Shown here: piece after piece, positions 46,536 to 56,724 of the stretch
Position numbering within the stretch: position 1 is the stretch's first letter
Layout: every line of letters begins with the position of its first letter
From: Alphaproteobacteria bacterium
GTDB lineage: Bacteria; Pseudomonadota; Alphaproteobacteria; MPNO01
Length of the DNA stretch: 64,000 nucleotides
Assembly (NCBI GenBank): GCA_965248835.1
Contig: CBDFLJ010000002.1
Location: 160,001 to 224,000 of the forward strand
Direction of reading: 5' to 3'
The notes under the pieces: model-generated
What the model saw: the letters and a program-made list of their open reading frames with translations, nothing else
Database searches by the model: none
Told to the model about the DNA's origin: nothing
Translations under genes and position numbers: made by a program

Positions 46536-47114
46536 TCAGTTGAAGATGCCTTCCAATACGCCCCGTTCGCGCCGCTTGATCACCGGTGTGGTTCCGCTGG
46601 TCGCCGGCTTGCCCAGGGCGGCATTGCTGCGCAGCCGCTGGGATTCGCCCGCGGCATCGATCACCTCGCCCGCCGGGTCGGGGTTGCGCCAGAAGATGAG
46701 CCTGTCGACGAAGCTGCCCCCGGAAGCGGCGATCTGGGCGGATTCCCTGTCGACCTCCTCACGGACCGAGGGATTCGCATTCACCGCGCCGGCGCGTCCG
46801 AGAAGGGCCTGCTCGCCGCTTGTCGGCGGCGCCTTGCCGTCGGCGAGGCCCGTCTTCGTGCTGCGCAGCAGGATGTTGCGCGCCTCGTCCTTGACCTCCT
46901 GCTCTTGCGGACGCGGCATGCCGGGACTGGGCGGGCGCAGGCCGAATTCGGGCGGGATGGCGAGCGGGGCGCGGGTCACCACGGCGAACTCGTCCGGCGG
47001 CGGGCGATCAAGCCCGATCGCCTCGCGCGTTTTGCTGCCGCAGGCCGCAAGCCCGGACGCCAGCGCGATTGCACAGGCTGCCGCTAGCCCGGTCCGCAAT
47101 CCGCCACGTTTCAT
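46536..47114 (-). CDS. DUF3035 family lipoprotein
   Basis: Lipobox LAAC; PDEFAVVTRAPLAIPPEF.LRPP.PG. Confidence 0.85.
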   Translation of the reverse strand: MKRGGLRTGLAAACAIALASGLAACGSKTREAIGLDRPPPDEFAVVTRAPLAIPPEFGLRPPSPGMPRPQEQEVKDEARNILLRSTKTGLADGKAPPTSGEQALLGRAGAVNANPSVREEVDRESAQIAASGGSFVDRLIFWRNPDPAGEVIDAAGESQRLRSNAALGKPATSGTTPVIKRRERGVLEGIFN

Positions 47115-47126
47115 TCCGCTTTCGCC

Positions 47127-47636
47127 CTACGTTCGGGAGTCCTTTTCCGCGCGCACCCTACGATCGGATCTGCCACCGATCAAGCTTCCATAGAGCACGA
47201 TGCCGACGCCGACGGTGATCGCCGAATCGGCCACGTTGAACGCCGGCCAGTGCAGCCCGGCGACGTGAAAATCGAGGAAATCGAACACCGCGCCCTGGCT
47301 CAGCCGATCGATGAGGTTGCCGAGCGCGCCGCCGATGATCAGCCCCAGCGCGATGCCGAGCCAGCGGTCCGCGGTCCGGATCAGCCAGATCACCAGTGCG
47401 ATCACCACCGCGACGGTGAATGCGGAAAGCAGCCACGGCCCCCAGGGCGAACCCGAACTGAACAGCCCGAAGCTTACGCCGCGGTTGAGGACGAACACGA
47501 GGTTGAAGAACGAGGTCACTGTCACTGCGGTGCCGACCTCGCCCAACCAGCCTGCGATCAGGATCTTTGTCGCCTGGTCGAGGACCGCGACGACGGCGGC
47601 GACCGCAATTCCCCAGCGCGCCAGGGTCGAGGGCAT
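47127..47636 (-). CDS. lspA: Lipoprotein signal peptidase II
   Basis: DQATK, NRGVSFG, GALGNLIDR, FNVADSAI. Confidence 0.95.
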   Translation of the reverse strand: MPSTLARWGIAVAAVVAVLDQATKILIAGWLGEVGTAVTVTSFFNLVFVLNRGVSFGLFSSGSPWGPWLLSAFTVAVVIALVIWLIRTADRWLGIALGLIIGGALGNLIDRLSQGAVFDFLDFHVAGLHWPAFNVADSAITVGVGIVLYGSLIGGRSDRRVRAEKDSRT

Positions 47637-47641
47637 CGCGC

Positions 47642-50461
47642 CTATTCCGCCGCCGCGCCGTACTCACCCACCGCATCGGCGCAGCGGCCGCAGATATCGC
47701 GGTGCCGCGGGTCCGATCCGACTTCGGGCAGCACCCGCCAGCAGCGTTCGCACCTGGTGCCCCTGGCCTCGCCGACGATCACACCCACGCCCGGGACATC
47801 GGCCAGCCTGAAGGCCTTTTCCGGCACCGCCCCGACCCTGAGGGTGAGGCCCGACGTGATCGCGATCTCCCCGAGGTCGAGCCCTTCGAGCACGGCCGCA
47901 GTCGCGGCATCGACATAGACCTGCGGATGGGACTGCAGGCTCGAGCCGATGCGCTTCTCCGCGCGCTCGACCTCAAGGGCTCCCGTGATCACTCGGCGCA
48001 CCCGGCGCACACCCTCCCAGCGCGCAAGGATCGCATCGGCCCGCCAGTCGGCCGGAATTTCGGGGAAGAGCTCCAGGTGGACGCTGTCGGCATCCTCGCC
48101 GTGGCGGGCGCGCCAGGCCTCCTCGGCAGTGAAGCACAGGATCGGCGCCAGCCAGGTCGTCAGGCAGGAAAACAGCGCATCGAGCACCGTGCGCGCAGCC
48201 CGCCGCGCCGGATCGTCGAGCCGGGCGCAGTAGAGCGTGTCCTTGCGGATGTCGAAATAGAAGGCCGACAGGTCCGATGCGCAGAAATTATGCAGCGCCG
48301 TGAACAGGTCGTGGAACGCGTAACGTTCCAGTGAGTCGCGGACCAGTCGGTCGAGCTCCCACAGCCGGTGCAGCACCCAGCGTTCGAGCTCCGGCATGTG
48401 CGCCGCTGCCATCCGCTCGCCGTCTTCGAAGCCTGCGAGGTTGCCCAGCAAATAGCGCATCGTGTTGCGGATCCGCCGGTAGGCCTCGACGTTCTGCTCG
48501 ATGATGTTGGCGCCGATCCGAAGATCCTCGGAATAGTCCGAGGCGACGACCCACAGGCGCAGGATGTCGGCGCCATACCTGGCGATGAGCTCCTGCGGCG
48601 AGACCACGTTGCCCAGCGATTTCGACATCTTGCGGCCCTGCTCGTCGAGCACGAAACCGTGGGTCAGCACCCCGTCATAGGGTGCGCGGCCGCGGGTGCC
48701 GCAGGACTCCAGCAGCGAGGAGTGGAACCAGCCGCGATGCTGGTCCGACCCTTCCAGATAGAGCGCGGCCGGCCATTGCAGGTCGGAGCGCGTCTCCAGG
48801 GTGAAGCTGTGCGAGGCGCCCGAATCGAACCACACATCGAGGATATCCCGCACCTGGTGGTAGTCCGCCGGATCGTATTCAACGCCCAGGAAGCGCTCCG
48901 GCGGGCTCTCGAACCAGGCATCTGCGCCTTCGGCCTCGACCGCGGCGACCACGCGGTCGAGCACCGCCTGGTCGCGCAGCGGCTCGCCGGTCTTCTTGTC
49001 GACGAAGACGGTGATCGGCACCCCCCAGGCACGCTGGCGCGACACGCACCAGTCCGGCCGGGTCGCGATCATGCCGTGGAGCCGGTTTCGCCCGGTCTCC
49101 GGGTAGAACGCCGTTCTGTCGATCGCGGCCAGCGCCTTGTCCCGCAGATGGTTCTGCGCCATGCCGATGAACCATTGCGGCGTGGTGCGGAAGATCAGCG
49201 GCTTCTTCGAGCGCCAGGAATGCGGATAGGAGTGGACCAGCCGTCCGCGGGCGAGCAGCCCGCCGGCGTCGTTCAAGGCGTCGGCGACCGCCCCGTCCAC
49301 CTTGTAGACGTGCTGGCCGGCGAACAGCGGCACATGGTCGTAGAACATGCCGCTGTCGTCGACGGTGCGCGGCACCTCGAGCCCGTGGGCTCGGCCGACC
49401 TCGAAGTCCTCCGCGCCGTGCCCGGGCGCGGTGTGGACGAACCCGGTCCCCTGCTCGACGGTGACATGATCGCCGGCGAGCAGCGGGACGTCGAAGTCAT
49501 AGCCTCGGCCGTGCAGCGGATGGCGGCAGACGGTGCCTGCAAGCGCGCTGCCCGGCAGGGTGGCGAGCGTCCTGGTCCCGGCGATGCCGACCTCGGCGAA
49601 CACCGATTCGGCGAGTGCCGCGGCCAGCACGACCCGCTCGCCGGCGACCGCCAAGCTGTCTCCGGCGGCTTCGGTCACCTCGACCACCGCGTAATCGATC
49701 GCCTCGCCGTAGGCGACTGCGCGGTTGCCCGGGATCGTCCAGGGCGTGGTGGTCCAGATCAGGACCGATGCGCCGGCCAGCGCCGGATCCGAGGCCCGCG
49801 TGACCGGAAACCGGACATGGACCGTCGTCGAAGTGTGGTCGAAATACTCGACCTCGGCCTCGGCCAGCGCGGTCTTTTCCACGACCGACCACAGGACCGG
49901 CTTGGCGCCCTGATAGAGCCCGCCATTGAGCAGGAACTTCCCGAGCTCGCGCACGATCTGGGCTTCGGCGGCGAACGACATCGTGGTGTAGGGTTGCTGC
50001 CAGTCTCCAATCACCCCGAGGCGCTCGAACTCCGCGCGCTGGACCTCGATCCAATGGGCGGCGAACGCGCGGCATTCGCGTCTGAACTCGAGCAGCGGCA
50101 CCTCGTCCTTGTCGCGTCCGTCCTTGCGGTACTTCTCCTCGATCGTCCACTCGATCGGCAGCCCGTGGCAGTCCCAGCCCGGCACGTAGTTGGCATCGCG
50201 CCCGAGCATTTGCTGGGACCGGTTGATGACGTCCTTGAGGGTCTTGTTGAGCGCGTGGCCGATATGGAGATGGCCGTTCGCATAGGGCGGGCCGTCGTGG
50301 AGGATGAACTTTTCCCGGCCGCGCGCTGCCGCGCGCTGCCGGCCGTAGAGATCCTCCGCCTGCCAACGCGCGAGGATCTCCGGCTCGCGCTCGGGCAGCC
50401 TGGCCCGCATCGCAAAGCCGGTCTTGGGCAGGAACACGGTCGGGCGGTAATCGGTGGTCAT
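47642..50461 (-). CDS. ileS: Isoleucine-tRNA ligase
   Basis: HDGPPYANG.HIGH, GWDCHGLPIE, KMSKS, C-terminal CERCW zinc finger. Confidence 0.98.
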   Translation of the reverse strand: MTTDYRPTVFLPKTGFAMRARLPEREPEILARWQAEDLYGRQRAAARGREKFILHDGPPYANGHLHIGHALNKTLKDVINRSQQMLGRDANYVPGWDCHGLPIEWTIEEKYRKDGRDKDEVPLLEFRRECRAFAAHWIEVQRAEFERLGVIGDWQQPYTTMSFAAEAQIVRELGKFLLNGGLYQGAKPVLWSVVEKTALAEAEVEYFDHTSTTVHVRFPVTRASDPALAGASVLIWTTTPWTIPGNRAVAYGEAIDYAVVEVTEAAGDSLAVAGERVVLAAALAESVFAEVGIAGTRTLATLPGSALAGTVCRHPLHGRGYDFDVPLLAGDHVTVEQGTGFVHTAPGHGAEDFEVGRAHGLEVPRTVDDSGMFYDHVPLFAGQHVYKVDGAVADALNDAGGLLARGRLVHSYPHSWRSKKPLIFRTTPQWFIGMAQNHLRDKALAAIDRTAFYPETGRNRLHGMIATRPDWCVSRQRAWGVPITVFVDKKTGEPLRDQAVLDRVVAAVEAEGADAWFESPPERFLGVEYDPADYHQVRDILDVWFDSGASHSFTLETRSDLQWPAALYLEGSDQHRGWFHSSLLESCGTRGRAPYDGVLTHGFVLDEQGRKMSKSLGNVVSPQELIARYGADILRLWVVASDYSEDLRIGANIIEQNVEAYRRIRNTMRYLLGNLAGFEDGERMAAAHMPELERWVLHRLWELDRLVRDSLERYAFHDLFTALHNFCASDLSAFYFDIRKDTLYCARLDDPARRAARTVLDALFSCLTTWLAPILCFTAEEAWRARHGEDADSVHLELFPEIPADWRADAILARWEGVRRVRRVITGALEVERAEKRIGSSLQSHPQVYVDAATAAVLEGLDLGEIAITSGLTLRVGAVPEKAFRLADVPGVGVIVGEARGTRCERCWRVLPEVGSDPRHRDICGRCADAVGEYGAAAE

Positions 50462-51465
50462 CGCAGCCCCTGATCCGATCGAGCCGGCACGGCCGCACCG
50501 GGCGGTGCGCGCAGATCGCCATCGCTGAGCCGTTCCAGCAAGGCGCGCGAGGCCATGCTGTCCTTGGCGATCTGCTCGCGCAGCTCGGAAAGGCCTGCGA
50601 ACTTGTGCTCGGGCCGGATGTACTCGACCAGGGCGACGCGGACTAACCGGTCGTAAATGTCCTCGGTGAAATCCAGGATATAGGTCTCCAGCCCCAGCCT
50701 GTCACCGTCGAAGGTCGGCCGCCAGCCCAGGTTGGCGCAACCCATGTACCAACGCGTCGCGCCGTGCTCTTCGATTCCTGCCCAGACGGCGTAAACCCCC
50801 AGCGCCGGCTGAACATAGTCCTCCAACGAAAGATTGGCCGTCGGAAAGCCGATCTGGCGGCCGCGCCGGTCGCCCCTCAGGACCCGGCCTTCGATCTCGA
50901 AGCAGCGGCCCAGCAGCGCCGCCGCCTTGGCCGGGTCGCCCTCTTTCAGCGCCGCGCGGATGTTGGTCGAGGAATAGACCGTCCCGTCGGGTCCACTGAC
51001 CGGCTCGACGACGGAGAACCCGACGCCGTCGGCCTCGGCCCATGTGCGCAAGGTCTCGACGTTGCCCTTGCGGCCCTTACCGAAGACGAAGTCGTAGCCG
51101 ACGGTCAGATGGCGGGCGCCGAGCCCCTCGACCAGCACCCGGTCGATGAAGTTCTGCGGGCTCGCCCGCGAAACCTCGTCGTCGAAATGGATCAGCAGCA
51201 GCGTATCGATGCCCATTACCTCGAAGCGCCGGACCTTGCTGCGCAGGGGCGTAAGCTGAAACGGCGGATCGTCCGGACGGAAGAAGCGCCGCGGATGGGG
51301 CTCGAACGTCACCACCGAAAGCGGCGTGGCGTGCGCCTCGGCCAACGCGCCGGCGGCCCGGATGACCACCTGATGGCCGAGATGGACACCGTCGAAATTG
51401 CCGATCGTCACCACGCCGCCGCGTGCGCTGTCGGGAACCCCTTTGGTGTGTCGGATGATGCGCAT
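50458..51465 (-). CDS. ribF: Bifunctional riboflavin kinase/FAD synthetase
   Basis: IGNFDGVHLGH, SSTNIR, GFPTAN. Confidence 0.97.
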   Translation of the reverse strand: MRIIRHTKGVPDSARGGVVTIGNFDGVHLGHQVVIRAAGALAEAHATPLSVVTFEPHPRRFFRPDDPPFQLTPLRSKVRRFEVMGIDTLLLIHFDDEVSRASPQNFIDRVLVEGLGARHLTVGYDFVFGKGRKGNVETLRTWAEADGVGFSVVEPVSGPDGTVYSSTNIRAALKEGDPAKAAALLGRCFEIEGRVLRGDRRGRQIGFPTANLSLEDYVQPALGVYAVWAGIEEHGATRWYMGCANLGWRPTFDGDRLGLETYILDFTEDIYDRLVRVALVEYIRPEHKFAGLSELREQIAKDSMASRALLERLSDGDLRAPPGAAVPARSDQGLR

Positions 51466-51475
51466 GGTGACCGCT

Positions 51476-51504
51476 TACCTATCCAGGCGCGATTCGGGAG
51501 TCAA
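51476..51504 (-). promoter_or_regulatory. Putative sigma70 promoter of the ribF-ileS-lspA operon
   Basis: Minus strand TTGACT-17 nt-TAGGTA just upstream of the ribF start. Confidence 0.45.
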
Positions 51505-51603
51505 TGAATTCGCCCGCCGACCTACCCCGGGGGCCGGTTCGTCGTCCTCGCAGTCGGTGCGCCGCGCCGCGAACGCTTCTCCATCTGCATTGATGCCGCT
51601 CGG

Positions 51604-51633
51604 TTGACATCGGTTCCGGCCGTTTCCTATGCT
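51604..51633 (+). promoter_or_regulatory. Putative sigma70 promoter of the Rieske gene
   Basis: TTGACA-18 nt-TATGCT. Confidence 0.55.
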
Positions 51634-51700
51634 TTTGGCGCTCCGGCCTGGCGGCAAACGCCGCAAACAAGCGGCAATCCGCACGCGCGAGGGACCAGCG

Positions 51701-52894
51701 ATGACCGACACCGAGGGTTCGGGTTACGGGCGGAACGCCATCGTCCCCGACGAAGATGCGGTCCTGACCCATGTCGGGTTCGGCACGGCGATGGGCGAGC
51801 TGATGCGACGCTACTGGCACCCGGTGTGCCTGTCATCGGAACTCGCCGATCTCCCCAAGCGCCTCATGATTCTGGGCGAGGAGCTGGTTGCCTATCGCGA
51901 CAGGTCGGGTCGTGTCGGCGTGCTCGGCGCGCACTGCATCCACCGCGGCACTTCGCTCGAATATGGCCGGATCGAGGAGAACGGCATCCGCTGTTGCTAT
52001 CACGGCTGGCTCTATGACGCGGTCGGCCGCTGCCTGGACCAGCCGGGCGAGCCGGACCAGAGCAGGTACAAGGACGAGGTGCGCCAGCCGTGGTACCCGG
52101 CCGAGGAATACAAGGGCCTGGTCTTCGCCTACATGGGGCCGCCGGAAAAGAAGCCGCTCCTGCCGCGCTACGACATTCTCGAAGACGCGGAGGCGGACTA
52201 CCTTGCCTACCGCAACTACAGCCGGGGCGAGGTGGCGGCGTGCAATTGGCTGCAGCTCCAGGAGAACGCCGCCGATCCGGTCCATACCTATATCCTGCAC
52301 GGCTGGAATCCCGGTCTGTTCGAGTTCAACGAGGTCATGGCCGTCCGGCCGCGCTTCGATTACGAGCATTCCCCGCGCCATGTTTCCTACGTCCGGACCG
52401 CCGACCTCGACAGCGGGCTCAGGCTGATCCGCACCTCGACAATCTTTGTTCCGACGGCGCGCTCGGTGCCGCCGCCCGAGGTGAGCGGCACCGATCCCGA
52501 GCGCGAGACCGAGCGGGCGCGCATGGTCGGCTGGTGGGTCCCGGTCGACAACGAGAACACGGTCGGCTTCCATGTCGAGCGGATCGATCCGACCAGGAAG
52601 GTCTTCCAGCCCCCGCATGAGGCGGTCGTGCGCCCCTACGAGGAAACCCAGCGCGCGCCCGACGACTGGGAGGCGCAGACCGGCCAGCGGGCGATCGCGC
52701 GCCACGCCCTCGAGCATCTGGCGAGCTCGGACCGCGGCGTCGTCCTTTTCAGGCGCCGCCTGCGCGAGGCGATCGCCGCCGTGGAGCGCGGCGAAGACCC
52801 GCCCGGCGTGGCTCGGGATCCGGTTGCGCGGATCGTCGAGGTCCCTTCGCGCAACGACGTCTTCGCCCCGACCGCTACCGTGCCTGCCCAATAG
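51701..52894 (+). CDS. Rieske oxygenase (phthalate 4,5-dioxygenase/LigX-like alpha subunit)
   Basis: GTAMGELMRRYWHP, CIHRG...CCYHGW, DPVHTYILH, EHLASSDRGV. Confidence 0.88.
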   Translation: MTDTEGSGYGRNAIVPDEDAVLTHVGFGTAMGELMRRYWHPVCLSSELADLPKRLMILGEELVAYRDRSGRVGVLGAHCIHRGTSLEYGRIEENGIRCCYHGWLYDAVGRCLDQPGEPDQSRYKDEVRQPWYPAEEYKGLVFAYMGPPEKKPLLPRYDILEDAEADYLAYRNYSRGEVAACNWLQLQENAADPVHTYILHGWNPGLFEFNEVMAVRPRFDYEHSPRHVSYVRTADLDSGLRLIRTSTIFVPTARSVPPPEVSGTDPERETERARMVGWWVPVDNENTVGFHVERIDPTRKVFQPPHEAVVRPYEETQRAPDDWEAQTGQRAIARHALEHLASSDRGVVLFRRRLREAIAAVERGEDPPGVARDPVARIVEVPSRNDVFAPTATVPAQ

Positions 52895-52985
52895 GCGATC
52901 TGGATCGTTCTTCGTCGGTGGTTTCGATGAATTGCATCGATGGTCCGGTGCCGGTGCCCTCTGCCAGACCCCGTCAGGAACCGTC

Positions 52986-53474
52986 ATGACCGAATTCGAT
53001 CGGCTCTATGGGCCGAGCGGCGACCACCTCTTCGCTACGAGGTACGAAGCCTCCTGCCATTGCGGGGCGGTCCGCTACCGGGTCCGCGCCGACCCGGTGG
53101 ATGCGAAGATCTGCCACTGCGCGACCTGCCGGAAGACCCATGGCGCCCCGATGCAGTGGGCGGCGATCTTCCACAAGCACGATGTGCGGATCACCACCGG
53201 GATCGACCGCATCGCCTTCTACAACACCACACTGGACAAGCCCGGCCGAATCCTTCCCTGCAAGCTGACCTGCGCGCTCTGCGCCACGCCGATCGCCGAC
53301 GAGGGCCGCAACATGTGGCTTGCCTTCCCCACGCTGTTCGATTTCGGCGTCCCGCCCAAGGTGCCGGAGGCCTTCAAGCCGACCTGTCACATTTTCTATG
53401 GCATGCGCGTCTTCGATATAGACGATGGATTGCCCAAATGGTCGGGCCACAAGGACGCCTCGTCCGTTTTATGA
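52986..53474 (+). CDS. GFA/CENP-V family zinc-binding protein
   Basis: CHCGAV, CHCATCRK.HG, CALC, HIFY. Confidence 0.88.
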   Translation: MTEFDRLYGPSGDHLFATRYEASCHCGAVRYRVRADPVDAKICHCATCRKTHGAPMQWAAIFHKHDVRITTGIDRIAFYNTTLDKPGRILPCKLTCALCATPIADEGRNMWLAFPTLFDFGVPPKVPEAFKPTCHIFYGMRVFDIDDGLPKWSGHKDASSVL

Positions 53475-53559
53475 CCGCGACCGGCTCGACGGGGCGTTGC
53501 CGCCGACCGACGCCGGATTTCGGCGCAAAAACGCGCCCATGGATGTATGAGTTCTAGGC

Positions 53560-55304
53560 ATGGTTGACGAGGGTTCCGAACAGCGAACGGGCATTCGCTC
53601 CAACCCGACGAAAACCCGCCGGCGATGCTGGCGTTGGGTCTGGGGCTGCAGCTTGCGGTTCTCTGCGTGGGCGGAATCGTCCTTACCCCGGCGATCGTGG
53701 TCCGGGCCGCCGGCGGATCCGAAGCCTTCCTGTCGTGGGCGGTATTCGCGGCGGTCGTCGTCAGCGGCCTGAGCACCGCGTTGCAGGCGATCCGGGTCGG
53801 TCGGGTCGGTTCCGGGTATGTCCTGGCCATGGGCACCTCCGGGGCTTTTATCGCGGTCTGCGTCACGGCGGTGGCCGACGGCGGTCCGGCGATGCTCGCC
53901 ACCCTGATCGTCGTCTCGTCGTTGTTCCAGTTCGCGCTGTCCGCCCGGCTCTCGCTGTTCCGGCGGATTCTGACCCCGGTGGTCTCGGGAACGGTGATCA
54001 TGCTCATCCCCGTGACGGTGATGCCGATCATCTTCGGATTGCTGGACGACGTGCCGGATGGGAGTCCGGCGGCGGCCGCGCCGTTGAGCGCTGTTGCGAC
54101 CGTGCTTGCGATCGTCGCGGTCGCGCTGAAAGCGACGGGCGTTCTACGTCTGTGGGCGCTGGTCATCGGCGTGGCCGCCGGCTCGGCCGTTGCCGGAAAT
54201 TTCGGCCTCTACGACGTCGGCCGTGTCGCCGAAGCGTCGTGGCTGGGCATTCCCAAAGGGGAATGGCCGGGTCTGGACCTCGGCTTCGGCCCGGTTTTCT
54301 GGAAGCTCCTTCCGGCGTTCGCGTTCGTCACCCTGGTCGGCGCAATCGAAACGATCGGCGATTCCGTCGCCATCCAGCGCGTGTCCTGGCGCCGCCCAAG
54401 GGCGGTCGATTTCAGGTCGGTGCAAGGCGCGGTGGCCGCCGACGGCGTGGGCAACCTGCTGTCCGGTTTGGCGGGAACGGTGCCGAACACGACCTATTCG
54501 ACGAGCATATCGGTGACCGAACTCACCGGGGTCGGCGGCCGCGGCGTCGGGGTGGCTCTGGGTGCCATCTTCGTCCTCGCCGCGTTCTCTCCCAAGCTGC
54601 TCTCCGTGATCCTGGCGATACCCGGCCCGGTCGTTGCGGCCTATGTCACGGTGTTGCTGGCGATGCTGTTTGTCGTGGGTATGAGGATCGTCGTTCAGGA
54701 CGGGATCGACTACCGCAAGGGGCTGATCGCCGGCGTTGCGTTCTGGATGGGCGTGGGCTTCCAGAACGACTTGATCTATCCGCAATATGTCGCCGAATTC
54801 GCGCACGGCCTGCTCCGCAACGGGATGACCGCCGGCGGTCTCGTCGCCATTGTCATGACCCTGTTCGTCGAGCTGAGTGCGCCGCGCCGCCGCCGGATCG
54901 AACTGGCGTTCGACATCTCGATTCTGCCGAAGATCAGGGCGTTTCTCGGCGACTTCGCATCCCTCAGCGGTTGGGATAAGGCGATGGCGAACCGCCTGGA
55001 TGCGGCTGCAGAGGAGACTCTGTTGACGCTGCTGCAGCAAAACGAAGCCGACCGGGACCATCCGCGGCGACGCCTGCTGCCGATCGCGCACAAGGAGGGC
55101 GGCGTGGCTGTCCTGGAGTTCATTGCGGCTCCAGGCGAGGAGAACCTTCAGGACCGGATTGCGCTGCTCGGCAAGCAGGCCGGCGAAGCCCCGATCGAGA
55201 GGGAAGTCTCCCTTCGGTTGTTGCGGCACATCGCGTCCTCGGTCCGTCATCAGCAGTACCACGACGCCAATATCGTGACCGTCCGGGTCGAAGCGCCGGC
55301 ATAG
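53560..55304 (+). CDS. NCS2 (xanthine/uracil) permease with C-terminal soluble domain; probable 1-nt frameshift at about 53599 (uninterrupted ORF from 53625)
   Basis: ETIGD, ADGVGNLLSG, PNTTYS NCS2 motifs; MVDEG..GIR then QPDENPP in the next frame. Confidence 0.78.
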
Positions 55305-55346
55305 ATCTCGGCGTGTTCCGGACAAGCCGGACCGGTGGTCTTCGTC

Positions 55347-56501
55347 TCAGGAGGCTGCCGCGACCCCTTCGCGGGTCTCGGTGATCACGTGGTCCACCAC
55401 CGCCTTCAGCGCCGTTTCGGTGGTATCGCCCTCGAGGATCCGGAGGCGGAAAAGGTCGAGCTGGCGATCGGCGGAGGTGCCGTGGTAGATGATGTCGAGC
55501 GCCCGGCGCAACGCGTTCTCGCAGCCCAGCGCGCGCGCGTCTTCGGCAAGATCTTCGATCAGCGCGGTCGTGTGGTTGTAGATATCCTCCCGGCCGCCTC
55601 CCTCCGGGTCTCCGAGAAACGACAGAACACCGTATCGCTGGGCGAGCCAGCGGTTTTCGGCGATGATCTCCGTCGGCGGATCGGGCGGCAGACCGTTTTC
55701 CCGATCCTGGCGGATCAGCCGCCGGATCAGGCAGGCGTAGATGGCGGCGATGGTGATCGCGTCCTCGATGCGCGGACAGACGTCGCAGATCCGCATCTCT
55801 ATGGTCGGGTACCTGGTGGCCGGGCGAATGTCCCACCACAGTTCACTGCCGTCATTGATGGCTTCCATGCGAACGTAGTCGGCCACGAGACGGTCGTACT
55901 CGGCGCGCGAGCGCAACGGGCCGGGGAGACCGGTGCGGGGAAGGGCGCCGGTGAGATTCAGACGATAGGATTTCAGCCCCGTTTCGACGCCTCCGTTAAA
56001 CGGCGATGATGCGGACAAGGCATGTATAAGAGGGAGGTAGCGCCGCAGCGACGTCATGATGCGGATGCGCGAATCCGGATCGCCGAACCCGGCATGGATG
56101 TGCATTCCGCCGACGAGCATTCGTCGTACACTTTCCTGGTAGGTAACGGCGAAACGTTCGTAGCGCTCCAGCGGCGTGGTGACCTGATCACGCCATGCCG
56201 CGAACGGATGGGTCGAGGCAGCCATCACCCCGACTCCATATTTGTCGGCAATGTCGATCACCACCTGGCGCGCCTCTCGTACCGCGGTGTCAAGTGCTGC
56301 TATGGAGTCGCAGACCCGGGTATTGATTTCGATCTGCGTGCGAAGGAGTTCGGGCACGACTTTGTGCGGTCCGCTGTGCTTGCGGCAATCCTCGAATATT
56401 CCGTGATCCGGTTTGGCCAGAAGGTTGCGGCTCTCCGGATCGATGAGGAAGAACTCCTCTTCGATACCGAGCGTGATCTGAAGATCGTCGTTGCTAGCCA
56501 T
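55347..56501 (-). CDS. Carboxylate-amine ligase (YbdK/GCS2 family)
   Basis: TLGIEEEFFL, GMHIH, SSPF, WWDIRP, TIEMRICD, ENRWLAQRYG. Confidence 0.92.
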   Translation of the reverse strand: MASNDDLQITLGIEEEFFLIDPESRNLLAKPDHGIFEDCRKHSGPHKVVPELLRTQIEINTRVCDSIAALDTAVREARQVVIDIADKYGVGVMAASTHPFAAWRDQVTTPLERYERFAVTYQESVRRMLVGGMHIHAGFGDPDSRIRIMTSLRRYLPLIHALSASSPFNGGVETGLKSYRLNLTGALPRTGLPGPLRSRAEYDRLVADYVRMEAINDGSELWWDIRPATRYPTIEMRICDVCPRIEDAITIAAIYACLIRRLIRQDRENGLPPDPPTEIIAENRWLAQRYGVLSFLGDPEGGGREDIYNHTTALIEDLAEDARALGCENALRRALDIIYHGTSADRQLDLFRLRILEGDTTETALKAVVDHVITETREGVAAAS

Positions 56502-56724
56502 CGTCAGCCTTGGTGCGAAAGGGCGATGATCGCAGAGTATCGTTTTCCTTTGATTTGCAAAAGCCGGGCTCGGCGGTGCCGGCGGCGCGGCCCTTGGGAC
56601 CCGGCATCGGCGTGGTTCACCTCGATGGTTTGATCGGATTTGCCCGATTTACAGCCAGATCAGGGCTCACGCATCAATCAACGACAATGGATATTGCGGG
56701 GGCTCGCTTGGGGACTGTGCATGC

